From Camelus ferus (Eukaryota): DNA of 64,000 nucleotides. The stretch covers positions 1,798,001 to 1,862,000 of the forward strand of contig NC_045730.1 of NCBI RefSeq assembly GCF_009834535.1, in the 5' to 3' direction. Position numbers and translations under genes: made by a program. Shown one piece after another: positions 1 through 11,000 of the stretch. The notes below the pieces were generated by a model that was not told where the DNA came from, did not search any database, and worked only from the letters and a program-made list of their open reading frames with translations. Every line of letters starts with the position of its first letter. Position 1 is the first letter of the stretch.

Positions 1-637
1 CCCACCCCGGTCCCAGGGGCGCACACCCGAGGGATGTGGCCCTGAGATCACAGTGCAGTGGGCGTGACTCACGCTGTCTGGGAGCAGGTGCTGGCCGCTC
101 GACCCGGGACAGGAGCTGAACTCTCCGCCTTCCCCTCCTGCTTTCACGTCCCTTTCTCCCTTCTGCACGTTTCCTCCCTGGAGACACAGTGCTCCTTTCC
201 CGAGGAGACTGTGCACCAGGCTGAGCGTCTCCTGGCCCGAAAATGCTCATTAGGCAGTTTCACGCATTTGTGTGCAGTAAAGCACCAGGTGGTCGTTTGC
301 CTCTGAGGCAGAGAGCACCCTGGTGGGAACAGACAGTTAAGGGCGAAGGGCAGGCTTCTGGCGGGTGCGCAGAAACTGACGCGCACAAAGCGGGAGCGTC
401 TCCCACGGGTGCTGGGTGCGCGCAGCTCTGGGGACACAGTCCCTCCTGCCGTGGCCTGCGCGTCCATGGTCCCTGGCGTTTGTCACTAAGGGACACGTCA
501 CCCATCTCCTACAAGGAAGCTCAGAGCAGCCACCCCGATCTCCCACCGCCCTGTTCACGCAGCAGGTCGGGCAGGGGAGCACACAGTAGGCGCTTAGTAA
601 GTTTCCACCTGCCTGACAGACGGACCCTCTTTCCTAG

Positions 638-699
638 TCCAACGTGGAGCACCTGACGGAGAAGATGAAGACCACCATCCAGAGGGGCCTCGTGCTCAG
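638..699 (+). CDS. PFKP: PFKP coding exon (human exon 18 equivalent), 62 nt
   Basis: ttcctag|TCC AAC GTG ... CTC AG|gtacc; [20 protein letters not shown]. Confidence 0.95.
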
Positions 700-3600
700 G
701 TACCGGGTCTTGAAGGCAGGGCCGTCTCACCCTGCCCCCGCCCGGCCTGGACCCCCACCCGCACCGCATCCCGAAGGAGGGAGGGGGCCGAGTGGCTGCA
801 CTTCCTGCTAAGACCTGTGGGCCTTTAAGCCTTTAATCCTCCAAGGGCACTTTAAAAACTTCTTCACGTGTAGCCAGTCTTTTTTAAGATCCTGCAAGTC
901 GTCGCTTCCGTGAGGCGCTGAGCTGCACTGGGGAGGGAAGGGGTGCGGGCGCTGGGGGCGGGGGACGTGCGTGCGCGGGGGGGACATAGGCGCCTGTGTT
1001 TCAGGAACGAGAGCTGCAGCGTGAACTACACGACCGACTTCATCTACCAGCTCTACTCCGAGGAAGGCCGGGGCGTATTCGACTGTAGGAAGAACGTGCT
1101 GGGCCACATGCAGCAGGTGGGCGCTCGCAGCCCGCGCAGGGGGCGCTGTCTCAGCCGTGCGGGGGAGACCTGCGCGCGTAGGTTAGGGTTAGACTGACGG
1201 TAACCTCTGCGCCGTGTTGGGGTGGCACCAGACATCGCGAGCTTCTAGAACTATGTCCGCTGTGACATTTGGGCAGCTGGGCTGTTCAAGGAAAACCATC
1301 CGCTTTCGTGTAAATGGTGACACCAGTTAAGTGGAAAAACTTACTCAAATGATTCAATGCTGGGCCTCGGTCACCTTTTAAATTGGAGCAGCAGACAAAT
1401 GATAGTGATCTGAGATTTGCACAAAGTTGGAGCGACTTGGAAAGAGCCCCCAGACCCTGGGGCCGGTGGACAAGGCTCCCGACGGCAGGCCTGCGCCGGC
1501 CCGCCCCCACCTCAGTCTTAAAGGAACTGTGCCTCCGCCCTCCATCCCCCGGAAGAAGGTTAAGGAGTCCTGATGAAGACGCTAAAATAAGGAAGATGCT
1601 AGTTGACCAGTCGGCTGATTAAAAGCCTCTGGTTGCAGGGCCCTGGCCAGAGTTCCGGGGCGGGGCTGGTTTGGTTTGGTCCCAACCGTGTCCAAGGAGA
1701 CAGAAGTATGCAGAAAAGGAAACCCAAAACCCACATTTATAAATTTGAGTCTCTTAAAAATATGTCATGAGTCTCGCTGAACAGCAGTGATTTTCATTTC
1801 TATTCAAAAACTAAGCCAGGAAGATACTCGTGTGACGAACCCTCATGTAGCTCTAACCACCCACAGGGCGGGGCGCCTTCGCCGTTTGACAGAAACTTCG
1901 GGACCAAACTCTCTGCCAGAGCCATGCAGTGGGTCACCGCGAAGCTGAAGGAGCCGCAGGGGGCAGGTACGGGCGTGCAGCCGGGCTGGGGGACCGTTTC
2001 TCCCTGGCTTCCAGCAGCTCAGCCCCACAGCTGCTGCTGCTGCTGCCTCATGGTCTGATTAGGGAGAAACAGAATTAGCGAAGCGAAGTGCCCACCACCG
2101 AGGGCAGCGTCCGGCCACGCAGCGACGCCCCTCTTCCTTTGCAAGAACCCTGCCCCGACACGAGGGCTCACTGGCAGGGCTCCGTGGACCGCTCTGAACT
2201 GGCTTTTACTTAAGATGTGTGACTTCTCACCGACGCCTTCATGACCCCCCTTTTGGGGAAAATGACACAGGATGGGGAGGTGTCTAGGCAGTCTCCTCCT
2301 TGGGAGCCGAGGCGGGTCCCCTCCACCCCTTCGGACGCCCTCCCTTCGCAGGGAGCGCTGACTCCTGACCCTCTTGTGTGTAGAGACCCGCTTGCGTTTG
2401 TTTCTTGAGTCAGGCTGTTATATTTTCTAGGAATTTTTCAGTTCACCTAAAATTTCCAAGCATGGCATGGAAGTCTCGGTCGTACCCTCTTACCGCCTAC
2501 AGCGTCTCTGTCCCCCATTCATGCCATGTTATGTCACCCCCTCAGTTTTCTTCATCAGTCTGACCAGATCAGTGTGTGTTTTAGTTTTAAATAATTTCAG
2601 CGTAATTTTAATCTTCAGAGAATTGATTTCTTGATTCTTTCTAAGTTTGTTTTTTACGTTAACTCCTGCTTCTGTATCTCTTTCCACTTTTTGGATTTAT
2701 CCTCCTCTTTCCCCGGCTCAGCTAAGGACACGCCACTCACTCGCAGCCTCTCACCGGATGTGCTGTCTGGAGCATCGGTTTCTTGTGCAATTTTACTGAA
2801 ATCCGCCCTTTAAGCTTTCCTGCTGCCGCGCCGTGTGGAGCGTTTACTCCCCACCCACTCTAAGAATGCGCCTTGTGCGACCCCTAGCCAGGCGGCTCCC
2901 AGGACCAGAGGGAGCGCTGGGGCCTCGGCCTCCGCCCGCGGCGGCTCTGAGTCTGAACCCTTCCTCTCCCCACGCGACTGCTCCCCCGGTCGGCAAACCT
3001 CTCCTCCTCACCCCTCCTGCCGGGTCAGCACGACACATTATTTATTTTCTTTTCTTTCACAGGAAAAAGGTTTGTAGCGGATGATTCCGTGTGTGTGCTG
3101 GGAATAAGCAAAAGGAACCTTGTCTTCCAGCCTGTGGCAGAGCTGAAGAAGGACACGGACTTCGAGTAAGTGCCCGGGACTCGGGCGGCCTCACTGCCCC
3201 GGGGAGGGGGAGGCAGCAGGCCCGCTGCCAGGTCCTGGACACGACTGTCCTCCGCCCTTTCCCTGAGAACTGGCCTCTCCTCGTCACGCGATGCTGCCCT
3301 CATTCTGCTCTGTCTGGAACTCACAGCTGCTCCAGCTGGTCTTAGATTTTGATGTCAGCCTGATTCACCTTCTGTAACCCTTGGCTTCTAATACATGTCA
3401 TTACACGCATGCATCTTCCACCCCAACAGGGGCGCTGGGGCTTGGACCCTGGCCCTCGTGCACACTGAGCACACGCTCTGCCACTGCGCTGTACCCCCGC
3501 CCCCTGCAGTCCTCACTTGAGACTTTGAGAACCAGGGCAGAGCTTTCAGGTGTCTGAGTGAAAAGTGTGTTCTCCTCCTGCCTGTCGGGCCCCCCACGGC

Positions 3601-3797
3601 CCCCTCCACAAGGAGCCATGGCTCAGGGCCCGTCCTGTCCCCTCTGCAGGCACAGGATCCCCAAGGAGCAGTGGTGGCTGAAGCTCCGGCCCCTCATGAA
3701 GATCCTGGCCAAGTACAAGGCCAGCCTCGAGCTGTCGGACACCGGGCAGCTGGAGCACCTGCAGCACCGGGGCCCCGAGGAGCTGGCCGCCATCTAG
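638..3797 (+). CDS. PFKP: Platelet-type ATP-dependent 6-phosphofructokinase, 3' part (last five coding exons; 5' exons lie upstream of the window)
   Basis: Exons 638-699, 1005-1116, 1867-1966, 3063-3165 and 3650-3797 have AG/GT boundaries and splice in frame to [72 protein letters not shown]...[22 protein letters not shown], the PFKP C-terminal half. Adjacency to PITRM1 matches known synteny. Confidence 0.97.
1005..1116 (+). CDS. PFKP: PFKP coding exon (19 equivalent), 112 nt
   Basis: tttcag|G AAC GAG ... CAG CAG|gtggg; [37 protein letters not shown]. Confidence 0.96.
1867..1966 (+). CDS. PFKP: PFKP coding exon (20 equivalent), 100 nt
   Basis: ccacag|GGC GGG GCG ... GCA G|gtacg; [33 protein letters not shown]. 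Confidence 0.95.
2400..2740 (-). mobile_element. Old L1M ORF2 fragment in PFKP intron
   Basis: TTTTCTAGGAATTT...TTTTCTTCATCAGTCTGACC...TTGATTTCTTGATT resembles the antisense L1 ORF2 consensus (recalled). Confidence 0.55.
3063..3165 (+). CDS. PFKP: PFKP coding exon (21 equivalent), 103 nt
   Basis: tttcacag|GA AAA AGG ... TTC GA|gtaag; [33 protein letters not shown]. Confidence 0.95.
3650..3797 (+). CDS. PFKP: PFKP terminal coding exon (22 equivalent)
   Basis: ctctgcag|G CAC AGG ... ATC TAG; [48 protein letters not shown]. Confidence 0.96.
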
Positions 3798-3948
3798 ACC
3801 TGCCTTCCTGCTTTGTAACGTCTAAGTTATTTATCAGCACTTTGAGGCTCGCGCGGTTAACCCTGCTCACAGAGCCCGTCTGCAGGTCCAGCACGAGGCG
3901 TCCACTGTCTCAGCCTGTCTCCTGCTTTAGCACCTGCGTGTCCCACAG

Positions 3949-3954
3949 ATTAAA
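3949..3954 (+). terminator. Probable PFKP polyadenylation signal (ATTAAA)
   Basis: ATTAAA about 150 nt after the stop, followed about 30 nt later by the T-rich tract GGTTTCTTTTCTCTTTTT. Confidence 0.6.
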
Positions 3955-4979
3955 CGTCTGCCAAACTCCCATCAGTGCCTGGTTTCTTTTCTCTTTTTAA
4001 GTGGAAGTTGAGAACCTCAGGCAGGAGCTGTGGGCAGCTGTAAAGGTTTGCTGGGCAGATCTGGGGGGTACTGGCAAGTATTTTAGAGGGACCATGATGA
4101 GACCACAGGCAAGGGCACTCTCACAGGAGGGAAGGCGGCTCTGACACACAGGTGTGCAACGCCAAGGCAGAGACCGACCTGCACCAGGGCGCGGCTGAGG
4201 TGACCCCTCCTGTAAAGCAGAAACAGAAACCTCGAGGTGGCTTAAGCCCGAGGAGAGTTCACAGGCCAGCCCCGCGCCGAGGCCGTGAAGGGCAGCTCCC
4301 CGACCCCTTGTGCAGCCCCAAGGCCCGCATGAGGGGCTGCGGGGTCACCCCTGCTTCCTGGGGGCCAGGGAGCTCCTGGCCCAGGTCTGCAGCGGAAAGC
4401 TTCCTGCCTCTGCTCTCTGGGGCCAGGGACAGTCAGGGCACAGCCTGGGACCAGACCTGGGCGGGGAGACGGCGGGGGGCAGGCTGCACGGGGTGGCTTC
4501 TGTCTGAAGGCGCGGCGGGGCTGGAGGAGTCAGACGCCTGAGCGAAGCCGAGGTCGGAGGGCAACGCCGTCGCCCCCTCAGGGTCCTCCAGGCGCGATCC
4601 TGGCCCCGTGCCATGTAAGCGGACGTGGGTGTGGGGACACCTCTGTCCCTTCGTGCATGCCCCATAAACGCTCTAAGAACTACTATGTTAGCAAAGTGTC
4701 GTTTAAAAATAACACAAGTTCTAGGATTAATTAGATAAAATAAGCATTTACACCATGAGAAAGCCTTGCCGTGTGTGCACCCCGGCACCGAGCACATGAT
4801 TACTTCCGTTCCTTCACGAGCGCTCTAGCTCCTTCAAGACAGAAGAGTTCTCATCTGACTGGCCAGGTGGTTCCTTTGGCAAAATTTTAAGCATGATATA
4901 TATGGGACGAGATTTTTGGGGAAACAGTAACTTAAAGGGTCACTGAAGTGACGCGCCGGCTGGGAGGGGCCCAGCCCCG

Positions 4980-5073
4980 CTATCTCACTATCCAGGACGG
5001 GTCCTTCGCGGTCCGCGCGTTGTCCGGGCCCAGCAGCGCCAGGCCGTGCGTGCTCCTCCCGGGGCCCAGGTAC
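4980..5073 (-). CDS. PITRM1: PITRM1 exon 27 coding part, 94 nt
   Basis: [30 protein letters not shown] (TAG at 4982-4980). Confidence 0.95.
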
Positions 5074-8000
5074 CTGCAGTGGGCGGGCGGGCAGGCGGGG
5101 TCAGTCAGGCGCCCGCGGGGTTGGAGGTCGAGGCCCCGACCCCAAGCCGCCCAGCTCCCTTCACCTGGTGCTCACGTCGACCAGGGCTTCGCGGTGGACG
5201 GCGAAGAGCTGCTCACGGTGCTTCTGCTTCATCTCGTCTGAGAGGCCGTACAGGAAGTGGTCCAGCCCTGGCAGGAGCGCGGGTGAGGGAGGCCGCCTGT
5301 CGCACTGACCCTTCCCCAGTCACTTAATGGCCCGTTTCCACCAAAGGTCACACCGTGGACCGTCACCTGCCTGCACGGCAGTCTCCTCCCTGACTGGGGT
5401 CTGAGACCACGAGCCCCACCCTCATGGAGGGGCAGACACCGGGGGGGGGGGGCGCATCACGGGGTGGGGGGACCCCGTGCCGTTACTCACACCACGCACC
5501 TCTGTCTGATGGAGCCACGGGGGAGTCCACGGCCGAGAAGACGGACAACTTCGCCTCGTCGATGTCCTGCTGTGTGAACCGCCCAGACCTCGCCCAGTCC
5601 ACGGCCTTCACAAAAGACTGCAGCGTTTCCGTGGAACGAGGGTCCCTGGGAGACCAGGGAGTCAAAACCACGCTCGCTTACCAGCAGGAACACAGAGGCG
5701 GCCACCCTTCAACACTGTCCAGACGGCCCCCAACAGCCGACGCTGTGGGATCCGCACAAGCCACCACATGCTCTCCCTGGAGACCTGGCCCATCCCCCAG
5801 CTGCGCCCCAGAGTCCTAAATACCCCTCTGGCCCAGAAAAGGGCAGGTCGAGTGACTGGAAGGAAGAGAAGACGCACCAGGGTGGTCTAATGATCACCCC
5901 GAGCAGGGCCAGGTTGCAGGACCCCCAAATGAGTGGAAGGAGAGCTCCAGGCCTATTGTCCACGTGTGCATGGGGGCGGGTGTGGGGTGCATCTCGTGGG
6001 AAAGGCCTCCTTTTTCTGTCCTGTCGACCACGTCCAGCACGTGTCCCAGGACAAGGCCACCAAGAGCAGAGACAGGAGCCAGTGGGGCCGTGATCTCCCT
6101 CCTCTGAGGGGTCAGAGTCGTGCCCTCAGGCAGCAGGGTCGGGAGGGCAGGAGCCGTCTGTGCTCTGAGGACAGGCCCAGCCCCCGAAAGCTTTTGGGCC
6201 AAGGGTTCCCTGTCACCTCCTGATGTCCCTAAGACTCAGCAACCGAAAGGACACCACTGGGTGTGGTTAAATGCCAACCAATGAAGACAGTGGTCCCGGA
6301 GTCCACCCCGTGCCCACCCACCGGGCGGCCGGAGACCCACCTGTAGGAGTACAGTGTGAACATCCCGCCGTAGCTGAGCTTAGCGCCTCCACCGTAAGCG
6401 CCGCCCTTCTCTCGGATCTCCGTGTGCAAGAACTTAGCGGTCATCAGGCGCGCCAGGACCTTCAGACTGAAACGAGCGAGGAAGGCAAGTTGCCACTGCC
6501 CAGTACTGTGCACGGCAGGTGGCCCCGAGGCGGCCGAGTGTGCCGCTGGGTGAAGTCTCGGGCAGTGAGCGACACACCGTGCTCGTCTTAATAAAAACTG
6601 GAAGAAGGTGAGGAAGACGCACTGTCAGACGGGCCTGGGTGGCAGGACAGCTGGGGAGAGGGGACCAGGCTTTCCTGAATCACAGCGGGTGGCACCGGCT
6701 GACGGGAGGCGGGGGGCCCGGGGAGGGGGGCCCGGCTGCGCCCGCGGGCTCTGCCCCCGGTAGACGGGGTCCACCCTCCACACGTCTCTCCTTAGAAACC
6801 TCTGCTCTTTCTCTGTTACAGAGGCACACGTTTCACTGCTGGGAAATTCAACGTACAAAGCAGAGAGGGAACAGGCTGCAACCCCACTCCCCAGGGTGGG
6901 TCAGGCCTCTAGTCACTTCCGTGTTTTAAACCTAAACCTCCCTGTTCAGTAGTAGAAACAGGCCGCTATTCGAGGGCCTGCAGTGCGAGTTCAGTTCCTA
7001 TGAACATGGAAAGAAGCGACACATGAGCCAAGCAGCCCTGCGACCGCCCGGGCGCCGTACCTGGCGTGGTCCGGGTGCGAGTACGGGGCGGTCCTGACAC
7101 ACTCGGCCACGTAGCTGACGGGGAAGGGCAGCAGGAAGTGCGTCTTCACCTGGCAGGGTGTGAAGGTGGGCTCCTGGGGGAAGATGGGCGGGTCACCGGA
7201 CCCCTGCTCACCTGGGCCCAGGCCGCACAGCCACGTCCCCGCGGGGAGCGGCCAGACCTGGCGGCTGTCACCACACAACCTCGCACCTTAAGGCGAAAAT
7301 GAAATATCCCAATCTCGTGACCACACCGTTCACGCCACCGGCGACTGTGCCAAGGGTGCGGCAGGGACCGCAGGGCCCGGGGAGGGGGGTGAGTTTAAAC
7401 GAGGACCAGACGTGAGGACCAGCACCTGCGCGCGTCCACACCAACAGCGCCCGGGCCTCAGGGGCGGCGGGATGAGGGGGTCTCGTGGGGGGACTCACCA
7501 TCACCAGCCTCCTCATCACCGGGGAGCTTCCGCCGAGGGCAGGTTTCTGAAAACAACGTTTCCAGGACAAATGAGAAAACCGCCAAGCTCACCTGGGAAG
7601 CTCTGAGCGAGCGTGAGGCAGGCCTGCTGCGTTTGCGGGGACGCTCCGCACCTCCACGACGTGGGGGCGCAGGGGCTTCCGCTCCTTCTGGCTCCGACCC
7701 AGGCTCCGCACGAACGTGTCCACCGCCGTCCCCGCCCGCGACATCTGCTGAGGGGTCGCGTTCACGGAGCACCTGTTGAAAGATGTGAAGTGCAGGCAAC
7801 TGTGACTGTGATGCTAAGACGGGGCGCTCTGTGTAAACAAGAGTAAGTAAATGATGTGCAAAACACACACGCTCACATCTCAGCGTAAGAACAAAACCTG
7901 TACAAAGCAACAGCCAACGGAGGGACCACCACAGCCGTCTCAGCAAGTGCTCTCAAGGCACGGCCGGCCTCCCCTCCCCTGCCCAGTGCCTACGGCTGAT

Positions 8001-11000
8001 GAGCGGCCACCTGGACTAAACTCTGCGCCCCGAGGATGGCGGAGCAGGGACAGCGCAGACCCGCCAGCGACGCCTCCGGGGCTGCAGCATCGGGAGACAG
8101 ATGACATAACCGTAACCACTGTTGGGGGCCGTGGCCGCGGCCGGCAAGGCGACACCCTAAGCAGCCGAGGAGCTGCGCTGCTCTGCTCAGCAGGCACTTC
8201 CGAACCCTGCAGCCTCCCAGGGGCTAGTGCCCGAAGGCACCAGGACCACACACTGTGCCCACAGAGCAGCCCGTCCCGTCCTGGCCATAACCCCAACTGT
8301 ATTTTGGGGAAGTGACAGCAGGTACCATGGCAGCGATACGTGCTCCAGGCACCAGACCGCGGCTTTGCACACACGCGTTTACTCCTTGTCATGCACCTGC
8401 TTTATGCAGGAAGCAGAAGGGCCGTGTGGTCAACTCCTCGAGACGCTGGTGTGAGCACACGTGCAGCCCAGGAAGGGGAAGTTGGCCCTGCCGCCCAGCT
8501 GGCCCGAAGAGCCCGCCGGGCATTCCCAGCAAAGGCACAGGGATGCCTTCTGCAGCGAGAGCTGCCAGCCAACCGCAGGCCGGGCGCTGGCGGGGCGCAG
8601 CCTCACCGGCCCTCCGTCCTTTCCAGCCCGTCTGTGCTCCCAGACCTGAGCGAGGCTGCGTGGCTGTGTGACGGCCCCAGAGCCAGGGGTCCGGACTCTC
8701 ACTCTCCGTCTGGAGCACACGCCCCTCCACGGGGTCCCGGGCTCCTGTGCGGAGCCTCGGCTCTGGGGTTCACCTCGCCTGCCCTCCTCCCCACCTCCCA
8801 GGATGCACGTTCAACGTCCACACAGAACGGCCCCCCGGCTGGCAGAACAGTGCTCTGTCTGAAGCTTCTGGGACTGTCACTGCGAGCGAAAAGCGCCCCA
8901 AAACTGGGCTCCTCGGGGGGAGACGGCGCAGCCCTACCTCAGGTGATCACAGCTCAGCAGGTGCTTCTTGATGCGCGGGAGCTTTCTCAGGACGGGCCTG
9001 ACGTCCGCCATGTCCGCCACTCTCTGCATCAGCCTCACCTGTGCCAGGCAGAGCGCCCACAGGTAGGGCCCGCGCCAGACACCCCTCGGCCAGGCCTCCG
9101 GGGACACACCTGTCCGGCCTGGGGAGGGATGGGGCCACGGGCTGGAAAGAGGAGGTTGAGCTAAAGAAGTTGATTTCCCCGTAAAACCTGGCTGGAGAGT
9201 CAGCTGCTCTGAGACACGAACCCCCAGCCCTGCTCACCTGATCCATCCCCTCGAAGGTCTCCTGCAGGTCCCCCGCGGGCGCCAGGGTCCTGCCGGCCCG
9301 CACGGACGCGTACACGTGCCCCGCGTCGGGCACCCCGTTGGACAGCTCCTGAGCCGCCATCCTCACCAGCACCCGGAAGTGCTCCTCCTCCTCAAAGCGG
9401 GGGCTGCGCGGAGAGGAAGAGTCAGCGCCTGGGCAGCCGTCCGCGCCCCCCAGCGGCAGGGACAGCCGCTCCGGGCGAGTCCTCAGACGACGTGAACGTC
9501 CCCGAAGCCTCGCATGGGGACCACAGGTCAGTCTCAGAGACCAAGAGCCGAGACAGGAGCAAAGCCCTCGGCTCTCGGCACACGGCACACGGCAGCCCCG
9601 GGGCTGCCCCGCCCACGTCTACATCTGTGCGATAGTTACTTGTTAAATATCTCACTCCACAAGTGCATCATGTCCGGCAGGTTTCTATCGAGGCAGAAAG
9701 ATGAGAAAAGCACACCCTGAATCACGAAAGCAAAAAACAAGACGAAGAGGAAATTAACTATGACGTAATTTAAGAGGGAAAAAAACCAAAACACCAGAGG
9801 AACAGCCCGACCCCCCCCTCGCCGTGCCGGGGAGACAGGCCACCTGCTCGTAGGTGTCCAGGTGCGAGTCGTCCGGGAGCACACAGGGGGCGGCGGCCAT
9901 GCCCCCCGTCTTCAGCTCCACCTGCTGGGCCTGCTCTCTGTAGCCAAGGACGCCGCAGCCCAGCCTGACGATGGGCAGAGAGACACCGAGTCACTGGCTG
10001 GGCTCCCCCTCCCCCTGGCGTCACCTCCGGGCCGCACGCCCAGGTGCCTCCCGTCACCCTGCACCAGGTCCCCGCTGGGCAGAGCCGGGTCTCAGTGCAG
10101 GGAGCCCCTCGGCAGCACCTGCCCTGCACTGGCCGCCTCCCCGGTGCTTGTCCAGCCTTCCCTACCCCCCTCCTCCCGAAACACGCTGACAAGACTCCAT
10201 CTGCACAGTGCTTGGTAGTCTTGGGGGCGAAATCTGAAAAAACAGCCTTTTTATATATTTAAGGGAAGCAGAAGTCACCTCAACACCGATGACGCTTTTG
10301 GGAGAAACATTCTAACTGCTGCTCCCAACACAGACACAATCCAAGCCAAGGGGACTGTGAGTGCTTCCTGGATCCACTATGTGGCCAAGGACACACCAAC
10401 GAAAGGGCAGAGGCGCCTGACGAGGCCGAGGGCTCCTTCCACACGGCCGGACACTGGGCAGGGGCCCCCGCTCGCCCGGCTCCCGCAACGGTCGTCTGCC
10501 CACACAATTCCCTCCGTCTGTGACCCCAGGACACAGGGGAGGAACCCCACCGGCGTCTCAGTATCCTCGCGGACAACGGGGACCACAAAACCAGCTCAGT
10601 GGGCGGAGGCACAACGCGGCCTCTCGGGGTGACCCCAGGCCTGCATGTCGTGTTTAACAACTCACACTTTCTCATGAAGAACAGTCAGGCTCTCATAACC
10701 TTAGGAAGAACCTAGTCGACCAGACAGACGTTCCTGTGTTGCCCTGTGCTCTGTAAGTGTCTTAATGTACCGTATCTTAATAAGAAAGTATGATTTTCCT
10801 AAGAAAACTCTCCACACACACTCGGCCCACATCTGGCAACACCTCTACAGGACATGAAATGGAAAACGAGTCACTGCAAAGCGGTCACTACGCAGGAACA
10901 ACACACACGCAGGGCACGCCCGTCGCGGCGCCGCGCAGGGCCTGGCGGGGCCTTACTTGGTGAGGACGGCGCAGAAGAGGGGCACGTAGGGCCGCAGCTC

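Noticed and set aside
2031-2045. (CTG)5 in a PFKP intron, plus short palindromes at 47382-47400 and 54965-54976
   Set aside because: Lengths are within chance expectation for 64 kb and have no supporting context.
7587-7595. Strong cryptic donor CAG|GTGAGC inside the 105-nt PITRM1 intron 21
   Set aside because: Using it would leave only a 46-nt intron before exon 22, below the usual minimum, so it is probably silent. RNA data could overturn this.
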